A DNA stretch of 64,000 nt, taken from Acidobacteriota bacterium. Its GTDB lineage: Bacteria > Acidobacteriota > Polarisedimenticolia > Polarisedimenticolales > JBBIHH01. The stretch is from NCBI GenBank assembly GCA_037447115.1, contig JBBIHH010000004.1, forward strand, positions 71,060 through 135,059, read 5' to 3'. A model generated the notes under the pieces. That model saw only the letters and a program-made list of their open reading frames with translations, did no database searches and was not told the DNA's origin. Every line of letters begins with the position of its first letter. Position 1 is the stretch's first letter. Both the position numbers and the translations under genes were made by a program. Shown piece after piece: positions 37,108-44,514 of this stretch.

Positions 37108-38073
37108 TCAGCCGGGTGCCCTGCCGAGCAAGAGCATCAGTTCTTCCTCGAGCTCCCGCAGGCGGCGCTCCCGTTCGAGCAGCGCCGCCTCGCGGTCTTC
37201 GAGCTCCGCGTGGCGGCGGCGCGCGCGAACGGCTTCGAGGTAGTCCCTCCAGCCGGGGTAAGGCGCCACGGCACTGGGATCCACGGAGACATCGCTCGCG
37301 CAGCGCGCCGCTTCGGCGAGAGCGCGCCACAACGCCCGCTGATCCTCGGTGGCAAGAGGTTCGTCTTCGAAGGGCCGCGCCGCGCGCTGGCGGTGGAGCT
37401 TCGGGTCCACCGCCCGTGCCATCTCGTTCCGGGTTCCCTCCGAGCTCGGTTCACCGTGCAGATCGTCGAGCCAGGCCGCGAGCCGCCGCACTTCCCGTGC
37501 GGGATCGCGCAGCAACGCGTCGTGGTCCACGAAATAGCAGGGACGCCCCCGGGTGCTCTCCAGCAGGCGGAGCATGGACAGCTGCCACAGGAGGAGTCCG
37601 GCAGTGAGCGGGATCCGGTCTCGGTGCCAGAGCGATCGTGCGCTCTCCAGTGGGTGGCGGATGGGGACGAGGTACGACGCGTCGTGAAGCCAGCGTTGCC
37701 AGAACGGCATTAGCAAGGCGAATCGGGGATCCTTCCACACCCACCGCTCGGCCCGCCGGTCCATGGAGGCCACCTCGCGCCGCGCCCACGACGCCAGGGT
37801 CGGATCGTCCGCCAGAGCGCGCACGGCCGCGGCATCGCGCGGCGGGCAGTCCCAGCTCCCTTCCGCGGCGTCGAGCAGCGCGTCGTTGAGTCGCATCAGG
37901 GGCCAGCGCTCCCAGTAACCTCGCGGATTGATCTCGTCCGCGTCCATCAACTCCTGGGGGTCCCCCGCGTCCGCGCCCCAGCGGTGCACGAGCTCGGCGA
38001 CGAGCGAGGTCCCGCTGCGGTGCATCCCGGTGACGATGACGCGCAGCGGCCGCGCCGCTCCAGGGCTGGCCAT
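37108..38073 (-). CDS. Sulfotransferase family protein
   Basis: 321 aa. VIVTGMHRSGTSLVA (5'-PSB loop GxxRSGTS), WVWKDPRFALLMPFW (3'-PB-like), and a C-terminal coiled-coil tail. Confidence 0.75.
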   Translation of the reverse strand: MASPGAARPLRVIVTGMHRSGTSLVAELVHRWGADAGDPQELMDADEINPRGYWERWPLMRLNDALLDAAEGSWDCPPRDAAAVRALADDPTLASWARREVASMDRRAERWVWKDPRFALLMPFWQRWLHDASYLVPIRHPLESARSLWHRDRIPLTAGLLLWQLSMLRLLESTRGRPCYFVDHDALLRDPAREVRRLAAWLDDLHGEPSSEGTRNEMARAVDPKLHRQRAARPFEDEPLATEDQRALWRALAEAARCASDVSVDPSAVAPYPGWRDYLEAVRARRRHAELEDREAALLERERRLRELEEELMLLLGRAPG

Positions 38074-38074
38074 C

Positions 38075-39793
38075 TCAGGCGGGCTCGAGCACGCGGGGGC
38101 CGACGGCCGCGGAGCCGGGCCTCAGCTCCGGGAGTGCGAGGACGAGCCAGCTTTCGCGCTCGGCAAGGCGCACGAAATCTTCGGGCCAGCGCCCCCCACC
38201 GCAGGCGGCGAGCCTCTCCAGCGCTTCAGGCCGCAGCCAGCAAACCTCTCCCTCCGGTGCGGCGAGCGTACGCGCCACTCCCGAGGCTCCCTCGCGCACC
38301 TCCGCGCAGAGCGCTGCCACCCGCGGGAGCCGCTCGAACACGCGCTCCGCCACCCGCCACTGACGCGGACTGGGCAGCGGGGCGCCCGCGGCCAGGAGGA
38401 TCGTCAGTTGCCGGGGTCCTTGCGCGAGGGCTTGCGCGATGCCCCGCTCGGTGTTCTCCACGATCACATCCGCGACGGCGCGCAGGCGTTCGACCTGCGG
38501 GGCGCGCAGGCTTCCCGGCGTGCAGACCAAGCTGACCTGCCACCCGCAGACGCGCCCCGGCGGATCCTGGAAGGCTTCCAGACAATCGAGGGCTTCCCGG
38601 TAGCTTGCCACGCCGTGCAGCACGAGCCGCGCCTGAGCGGGGGCGACCCGTGCGAGGTCCGCCGGCAGCCCGAGCTGAGCGAGACGCGCCTGGACGGTCC
38701 GCCACGCGGGGTGGGAGAGTTGGTACTTGTGCAGCCGGGCACCGATGCGCCGCGCCGCGGCGTCGCGGCCGTGGCGCTCGCCCAGGGTCTCGAGATAACC
38801 CCGAGCCCAGTGAAAGCTGAGGATCCTGTGGTACGCGCCGAACAGGCGCTCGGTCTGGGCCAGGAGCGTGCGTGCCTCCGCGTCGAGATCGGCAAGCGCG
38901 GCTCCATCGGACAAGGCTCGCTCCCAGAGCTCGCGGTACTCGGGACGGGCCCTCAGGAGCGGCTCGAGTTCGGCGATGCGCGCCTCGTCCCGGTCGCGGT
39001 CGGTGTCGGCGTAGGCCAGGCAGCCGCGCAGCGCCAAATCCAGCGTGCCCAGGCCGCCCTCGAACTCCGGGTGTTTCTCCTCCAGCAGCACCATCGCGCG
39101 CCCCGCGAGCTCCTGGCGCCGCAGGTAGCCCTCGAGGCTCACCGGATGGTGGTGGTAACCGATGGCCCACGGGTCGTAGACGATGCGCGCGCCGGCTCGG
39201 ACGAGCCGGATGCCGAGATCGGTATCCTGGCAGCCGAAGGGAAAGCGCTCGTCGAAGGCGCCGACCTGGAGCAACAGATCGCGGCGCACGGAGAAGTTCG
39301 GGGCATAGAGAAAGTTCGGCGGCACGCGTTGCGGATCCCGAATTTGGTGGTAGGCGAACTGGTATCCCCCGTGCACGAGATAGAACATGAAGGGCGTCAC
39401 GTCCAGCCGCTCGTCGTAAGGGAGGGCGCCGAGCACGACCAGGCGTTCCTCCGGATGCGATTCGTGCCAGCCCACGTGGCGCGCGATCATCTGGGGATCG
39501 AAGACGATGTCGGCGCCGGAACCGAGGACGTAAGTTCCCCGCGCTCTGTGGATGGCGGCGTTCGTCGCCGCCGACTGATTGGCCCACTGCCCGCGCGTCA
39601 CCTCCAGGCGGAAGGGGAAGCGACGTCCCGCGAGCGCCTCGAACGTGCCGTCCGTGGAGCCGTCGTCCGCCACGATGGTCTCCAGGCGCTCCAGATCGAA
39701 CGCGCTGCGGGCGATGGAGGCGAGGGTTTGTTCCAGTCGCGCGCGGTTGTCGCGCGAGGGAATCACGATGGAGACGAGGGGCGCCGGGCTCAT
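38075..39793 (-). CDS. Family-2 glycosyltransferase with long C-terminal extension
   Basis: ATG at 39793 overlaps the rmlD stop. VSIVIPSRDNRARLEQTL...IVADDGSTDGT...VLGSGADIVF is a GT2 domain. The ORF-track start at 40126 is over-extended. Confidence 0.8.
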   Translation of the reverse strand: MSPAPLVSIVIPSRDNRARLEQTLASIARSAFDLERLETIVADDGSTDGTFEALAGRRFPFRLEVTRGQWANQSAATNAAIHRARGTYVLGSGADIVFDPQMIARHVGWHESHPEERLVVLGALPYDERLDVTPFMFYLVHGGYQFAYHQIRDPQRVPPNFLYAPNFSVRRDLLLQVGAFDERFPFGCQDTDLGIRLVRAGARIVYDPWAIGYHHHPVSLEGYLRRQELAGRAMVLLEEKHPEFEGGLGTLDLALRGCLAYADTDRDRDEARIAELEPLLRARPEYRELWERALSDGAALADLDAEARTLLAQTERLFGAYHRILSFHWARGYLETLGERHGRDAAARRIGARLHKYQLSHPAWRTVQARLAQLGLPADLARVAPAQARLVLHGVASYREALDCLEAFQDPPGRVCGWQVSLVCTPGSLRAPQVERLRAVADVIVENTERGIAQALAQGPRQLTILLAAGAPLPSPRQWRVAERVFERLPRVAALCAEVREGASGVARTLAAPEGEVCWLRPEALERLAACGGGRWPEDFVRLAERESWLVLALPELRPGSAAVGPRVLEPA

Positions 39794-40653
39794 GCGGCCG
39801 CCCTCAGGGCCAGGTAATCGTGCAGGGCCTCGCGCCAGGGCCGCATGCGATCGAGCCCGAGGCGCCGGAGGGCGACGTTGTCGAGCACCGAGTACTTGGG
39901 GCGCCGCACCTCGCCGGCGAACTGGCCGGGCCGGGCGCGCTCGAGCTGGACCGGCACGCCGGTGCGGGCGAAGATCTCCTCCGCGAAGTCGTACCAGGAG
40001 CAGGCCCCCTGCGCCGTGGCGTGGAAGACTCCGAAGGCCCCGCGCTCGCAGAGCACCGCGATCTGCTCGGCCAGGTCGGCGGTGTAGGTGGGACTCAAAA
40101 GCTCGTCGTCCACGACCTGCACGCATCCCCGCTCGCGCGCGAGCTGGAGCATGCGCTCGACGAAGTTAGCCCCCTTGCCGCGACAGGGATACCGGCCGTA
40201 CAGCCCGGAGGTGCGCACGATGGCGTGGCGCGGGTTGGCCTGGCGCACGAGGTGCTCGCCGCAGAGCTTGGTCAGCCCGTAAACATTGAGCGGCCCCGGC
40301 GCGTCCGTTTCCTCGTAGGGCCGCCCTTTGCGGCCGTCGAAAACGTAGTCCGTGCTCACATAGAGGACGCTCGCGCCGAGCTCCGCGCTGACCTGCGCCA
40401 CGTGCTTCGCCCCCAGGGCGTTCACCGCGAAGGCATCGAGGGGCCGCCGCTCGCAGGCCGGCACGTCGTGCAGCGCCGCCGTGAGCAGCACCCAGTCCGG
40501 AGCCGCCCGGTGGAGCGCGGCGGCCACCGACTCCAGGCGGCGCACCTCGATCGCCTCGTGCCCCAAGGCGATCACTTCCTGCCCGTGGCGTGCCAGGGCC
40601 TCGCAGCAGTCTCGGCCGAGCTGGCCCGTGGCACCGATGACCGCGACCCGCAT
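39790..40653 (-). CDS. rmlD: dTDP-4-dehydrorhamnose reductase
   Basis: 287 aa. MRVAVIGATGQLG, VSTDYVFDG, YGLTKLCGE and LLSPTYTADLA are RmlD signatures. Confidence 0.85.
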   Translation of the reverse strand: MRVAVIGATGQLGRDCCEALARHGQEVIALGHEAIEVRRLESVAAALHRAAPDWVLLTAALHDVPACERRPLDAFAVNALGAKHVAQVSAELGASVLYVSTDYVFDGRKGRPYEETDAPGPLNVYGLTKLCGEHLVRQANPRHAIVRTSGLYGRYPCRGKGANFVERMLQLARERGCVQVVDDELLSPTYTADLAEQIAVLCERGAFGVFHATAQGACSWYDFAEEIFARTGVPVQLERARPGQFAGEVRRPKYSVLDNVALRRLGLDRMRPWREALHDYLALRAAA

Positions 40654-40678
40654 GATGCCCCTCCCCAGCGAAAGCCGT

Positions 40679-41659
40679 TCAAGCCACTTGCATCAGCTCC
40701 GGCTTGGGATTCAGCTCGCGGAAAACCCGGATGTTGTAGTAGCGGGGGTTGTCGAAGTCGCGGAAATGCTCCAGGTGGTCCGCCAGGTCGTCCACGATCG
40801 TCTCGACGTCGCAGCGTGGTTTGAAGCTCAACACGTTGCGCGCCCGCTCGATGCTGACCTTGTAGTTGCGGTAGTCCTCGCGGTGCTCGATCTGGAGGCG
40901 GATCGGCCGGCCCAATCGGCGCTCGACGCCCTGTTTTACCAGGTCGGCGATCTCCCCGACGGTGTAGTTGCCCGAGGCGACGTTGAAGATGCCCGAGACG
41001 GAGGCGTGGGCCTCGATGGCGCGGATGTAGGCGGCGGCGGCGTCCTGGATGCCGAGGATGGGGCGCCAGATGGCCGGGTTGTGGACGACGATCTTGCCTT
41101 CGGCCACCGCCGAGCGGAACATCGCGTTCACCACGAGATCGAGCCGCATCCGCGGGCTGTAGCCGCAGACCGTGCCCTGCCGCAGCGTGATCACGGAAAA
41201 GCGCTCCGAGGCCAGCTGCATCACGGCTCGCTCGCCCTGAAGCTTCGAGATTCCGTACGGGTAGTGGCAGACGGCCGGCGCGTCTTCGTCGTAGAGCTCG
41301 TTGAGCGTATAGCCGTAGACGGAGCAGGACCCGGCGTAGATCAGCCGCCGCACGCCGGCGCGCGCGGCGACGTAGCCCAGGTAGGCCGGGGCCGAGGCGT
41401 TGTAGATGAAGTTCAGGGCCGGGGAAAACTCCGCCATCGGGTCGTTCGACAGACCGGCGAGGAACAGGACCTGGTCGTAGCCGGCCAGGTCCTTCTCGTG
41501 GAGGGCGAAGATGTCCTTGTGGAGCACGCCCGCCTCGCGCGGCAGGTGGTTGCCGAACCAGAAGAGGTCGAGCACATCCACGCGGTAGCCGCGCTCGAGC
41601 AAGCGCGGGATGAGGTAGGAGCCGATGTAACCGGCCCCGCCCGCGATCAACAGCTTCAT
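40679..41659 (-). CDS. NAD-dependent epimerase/dehydratase (extended SDR)
   Basis: ATG at 41659. MKLLIAGGAGYIGS (Rossmann motif) and YPYGISK (YxxxK). Overlaps the rmlC stop by 4 nt. The ORF-track start at 42673 is over-extended. Confidence 0.75.
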   Translation of the reverse strand: MKLLIAGGAGYIGSYLIPRLLERGYRVDVLDLFWFGNHLPREAGVLHKDIFALHEKDLAGYDQVLFLAGLSNDPMAEFSPALNFIYNASAPAYLGYVAARAGVRRLIYAGSCSVYGYTLNELYDEDAPAVCHYPYGISKLQGERAVMQLASERFSVITLRQGTVCGYSPRMRLDLVVNAMFRSAVAEGKIVVHNPAIWRPILGIQDAAAAYIRAIEAHASVSGIFNVASGNYTVGEIADLVKQGVERRLGRPIRLQIEHREDYRNYKVSIERARNVLSFKPRCDVETIVDDLADHLEHFRDFDNPRYYNIRVFRELNPKPELMQVA

Positions 41660-42270
41660 GGTCTCGCACCCTCCATGGCAGGCGCCACGCGCGCCTGCGG
41701 CGCCGTCCAGCGGAGGGCTTGCGCCTCGGGGCGCGCCAACCACTCGCGCAAGCTGGGGGCGTCGCGGTCCTTGTCCGAGAGAATGGGCCGCGCCACCGGC
41801 CACTCGATGCCGATCTCGGGATCGTCCCAGCGGATCCCGCCCTCGCCGCGCGGGTTGTAGAGCGCTGTGCACTTGTACTGGATTTCCGCCCAGTCGGAGA
41901 GCGCACAGAAACCCCGCGCGAAACCGGCGGGAGCCCAGATCTGCCGCCGGTCGCGCTCGGAGACCACCGCGCCGTGCCAGCGGCCGAAGGTGGGCGAGCC
42001 GAGCCGCAGATCCACGGCGACCAGAAACGCCTCGCCGTGCGTCACCCGCATCAGCTTTCCCATCGGCGGGTCCCACTGGAAATGAAGCCCCCGCACCACG
42101 TGGCGCCGCGAGCCCGAGTGGTTGTCCTGGACGAAATGGTCGGGAAGCCCCAGCGCCGCGAACCGATCGCTCCGGAAGCTCTCGTAGAAGAAACCGCGTG
42201 CGTCCTCGAAGATCTCGGGGACGAACACGACCACGTCGCCCAACGCCACCTCGTGGATCTGCGTCCGCAT
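41656..42270 (-). CDS. rmlC: dTDP-4-dehydrorhamnose 3,5-epimerase
   Basis: ATG at 42270. FEDARGFFYESF, QDNHSGSRRHVVRGLHFQ, GKLMRVTHGEAFLVAVDLR and GFARGF are RmlC cupin motifs. Confidence 0.9.
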   Translation of the reverse strand: MRTQIHEVALGDVVVFVPEIFEDARGFFYESFRSDRFAALGLPDHFVQDNHSGSRRHVVRGLHFQWDPPMGKLMRVTHGEAFLVAVDLRLGSPTFGRWHGAVVSERDRRQIWAPAGFARGFCALSDWAEIQYKCTALYNPRGEGGIRWDDPEIGIEWPVARPILSDKDRDAPSLREWLARPEAQALRWTAPQARVAPAMEGARP

Positions 42271-42483
42271 CGCATCCCTCCGCCGTGTCGCGGCGGCCTG
42301 CACCGATGCAACCGGTCTGCCAGGCGGAAGCCCGCGGCGTCGCGGCCTGGGTAGCCCGGTCCGGCGGCGAAAGCCTGCCGCCGCGCGGAAATCTGCCGCC
42401 GGCGGGAAGTCGCGCGTGGCCGGACTTGCACATCGCGCGCGCGGCCCCCACGTTGCTTCGGGGAGACCCGAGGAGGAAACGCG

Positions 42484-43062
42484 ATGGAACCCGATCCGGC
42501 CTCGGAACGCGAGTTCGCGCGCATCCCGGTGGAGCTCGCGGCCCGCATCCGCCTGTTGGAAAGCGACGGCGAGGCGCAAGTGCTGGCCCGCGAGCTCCAG
42601 GAGCGCCCGAGCGTTTGGAGCGTGCAGGAGGAAACGGAGTTGCAGCGGCTGGCCACGAGCAGTGCCTCGGCACCCGAAGCGGTGCTGGCCCGGGCGCTGC
42701 TCGAGGTGGCCGCCCAGCTCCAACGGCTTCGCTACCGGGTACTCCGGCCAGGCCCGCCCATGGAGCCGGCGCGCGTGACCGAGATTTCCGGCTCGGGCCT
42801 GCGCCTGAGCACCGAGCGCCTATTGCAACCCGGAACGCGGCTCGAGATTCAGCTCGAGGACGACGAGAACGGCGCGCCCCCGTTGCGGCTGCTCGGCGAG
42901 GTGGTCCACGCTTCGGGCAGGGCGCCGGCGTTCTACGGGGTACGGTTCGTGGCGGCCCATCCGGCCGACGCGCGGCGTCTGCTCCGTTTCATTTATGAAA
43001 TCCAGCGGCGCGCTCTGCGAGGCGCGGGCCGCCGGGGCCCTCAGCAAGCACCTTCCGGCTGA
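42484..43062 (+). CDS. PilZ domain protein
   Basis: 192 aa. REFARIP (RxxxR-type) at the N-terminus. EISGSGLRLS plus a beta-barrel-like remainder (TRLEIQLEDD...LLGEVVHAS...YGVRFV) in the C-terminal half. Confidence 0.6.
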   Translation: MEPDPASEREFARIPVELAARIRLLESDGEAQVLARELQERPSVWSVQEETELQRLATSSASAPEAVLARALLEVAAQLQRLRYRVLRPGPPMEPARVTEISGSGLRLSTERLLQPGTRLEIQLEDDENGAPPLRLLGEVVHASGRAPAFYGVRFVAAHPADARRLLRFIYEIQRRALRGAGRRGPQQAPSG

Positions 43063-43069
43063 GCCCGCC

Positions 43070-43096
43070 TCAAGATTCTCCCGCCCGGCCCGATAG
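43070..43096 (+). promoter_or_regulatory. Candidate sigma-28 (FliA-type) promoter for fliC
   Basis: TCAA (43070-43073), a 15-nt spacer, then CCCGATAG (43089-43096), against the consensus TAAA-N15-GCCGATAA. Lies 116 nt upstream of the fliC ATG. No fliA gene in the window. Confidence 0.45.
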
Positions 43097-43211
43097 ATCT
43101 CCGTGCCCGCGGGAGCCATGGGGGCTCCGCGACGGGTATGGGTCAGGGCCGCCCGCAGGGCGGCGGCCGCGGCAGGGACGCCGCGGTCAACGAAATCAGG
43201 GAGGATCGGGT

Positions 43212-44096
43212 ATGCCAAGCGGTTTCTCCGTGGTCAACAACGTCCAGTCGCTCAACGCGCTCAATCGGCTGGCCCGCACGAACATCGGCCTGTCGAAGAC
43301 GCTGGAGCGGCTGTCTTCCGGCTTGCGGATCAACTCCGCGGCCGATGACGCGTCGGGCCTGGCCATCGCCGACAGCCTGCGGGCCGACGTCGCCGCGCTC
43401 AACCAGGCGGTGCGCAACGCCAACGACGGCATCAGCGTCGTGCAGGTGGCGGACGGCGCCCTGGCGGAGATCTCGAACCTGTTGCAGCGGGCGATGGCGC
43501 TCGCGGAGCAGGCAGCGTCCGACACCTCGGGCGAGGACAGCAGCGACGAGAAGAACGCCCTGAACGACGAGTACCAGTCGATCCTGCGCGAGATCAACCG
43601 CATCAGCCTCACGGTGGACTTCAACGGCCGCGTGCTGTTCGGCACCTCCGGCGCCACCTTCGACGTCCAGGTCGGTGCCTCGGCCACGCAGGCGAACAAC
43701 GTGATCACGCTGACGACCTCGGCCCTCGAGGCGGTCGGCACCGGCACGGGCGGGCTGGGACTGACCGGGTCGGGCAGCGGCATCACCGTGACGACGACCG
43801 CGCTGCAGACCAAGGCTGGGGCGCAGACCGAGCTGGCCAAAATCCGTGCCGCCATCGACGACATCTCCAGCCGGCGGGGCGATCTCGGCGCGGCACTCAA
43901 CCGGCTCGAGGCCACGGTGAGCGTCGTCTCCATCCAGGCCCAGAACCTCCAGGCCGCCGAGAGCCGCATCCGGGACGCGGACGTGGCGGCGGAGGTGGTC
44001 AACCTGGTCAAGTTCCAGGTCCTGAACCAGACGGGACTCTCCGCCCTGGCGCAGGCCAACGCCAGCGCTCAGAGCGTGCTGTCCCTGTTGCGGTAA
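43212..44096 (+). CDS. fliC: Flagellin
   Basis: 294 aa. N-terminal LERLSSGLRINSAADDASGLAIADSLRA...NANDGISVVQVADGAL and C-terminal ...QVLNQTGLSALAQANASAQSVLSLLR. Short Ser/Thr/Gly-rich central region. Confidence 0.95.
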   Translation: MPSGFSVVNNVQSLNALNRLARTNIGLSKTLERLSSGLRINSAADDASGLAIADSLRADVAALNQAVRNANDGISVVQVADGALAEISNLLQRAMALAEQAASDTSGEDSSDEKNALNDEYQSILREINRISLTVDFNGRVLFGTSGATFDVQVGASATQANNVITLTTSALEAVGTGTGGLGLTGSGSGITVTTTALQTKAGAQTELAKIRAAIDDISSRRGDLGAALNRLEATVSVVSIQAQNLQAAESRIRDADVAAEVVNLVKFQVLNQTGLSALAQANASAQSVLSLLR

Positions 44097-44118
44097 GCGC
44101 GTGAAAGGGCGCGGGGTC

Positions 44119-44137
44119 GGGGGCGCACGCCGCCCCC
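44119..44137 (+). terminator. GC hairpin after fliC (possible attenuator/terminator; no U-tract)
   Basis: GGGGGCG-CACGC-CGCCCCC forms a 7-bp stem 23 nt after the fliC stop. No following T-run. Confidence 0.25.
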
Positions 44138-44149
44138 GGCCCCGCCGGA

Positions 44150-44506
44150 GTGCGGACCGTGGCCACCCCGCTGTCCTTGAACCCCGCACCCGCGCCACCC
44201 GCTCCGGACGCTTCGCGCCCCGCGGGGGCGGGCGCGCGATCCCGCGGGGTTCGGCCGGCCGGGCACCCTTCGCCGCCGCTGCCCGAGGCGGTGGAGGCGG
44301 CGCTGCGCTCGATCGGCCACCGCTTGATCGTCGGCGACCGGATGGCCGAGTTCTCCTTCGATCGCGAGCTGGGGCGGGTCGTCATCCGTGTCTACTCGGA
44401 GACCCAACCCCCGGAGGTGATCCGGCAAATTCCGCCCGAAGAGTTCCTGCGCTTCGCCGCGAAGTTCCGGGAGCTGGTCGGCGTGCTGTTCGAGGGCGTG
44501 GCCTGA
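44150..44506 (+). CDS. flaG: FlaG family flagellar protein
   Basis: The C-terminus EFSFDRELGRVVIRVYSETQPPEVIRQIPPEEFLRFA fits the FlaG pattern. The start codon is uncertain (GTG at 44150). Confidence 0.7.
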   Translation: MRTVATPLSLNPAPAPPAPDASRPAGAGARSRGVRPAGHPSPPLPEAVEAALRSIGHRLIVGDRMAEFSFDRELGRVVIRVYSETQPPEVIRQIPPEEFLRFAAKFRELVGVLFEGVA

Positions 44507-44514
44507 GGCATCCC

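Noticed and set aside
35004-37607. Multiple 250-540-aa ORFs on both strands overlapping the 931-aa GT2-TPR gene and the sulfotransferase gene. Examples are 35711-37330 on the minus strand and 36096-37607 on the plus strand.
   Set aside because: Their translations are extreme Arg/Pro/Gly/Ala low-complexity sequence. The chosen frames contain the GT2 and PAPS-loop motifs.
42271-42483. A possible sigma-54 site, TGGCCGGACTTGCA, in the rmlC/PilZ divergent region.
   Set aside because: The GG-to-GC spacing is 8 nt rather than the required 10, so it does not fit the -24/-12 geometry.
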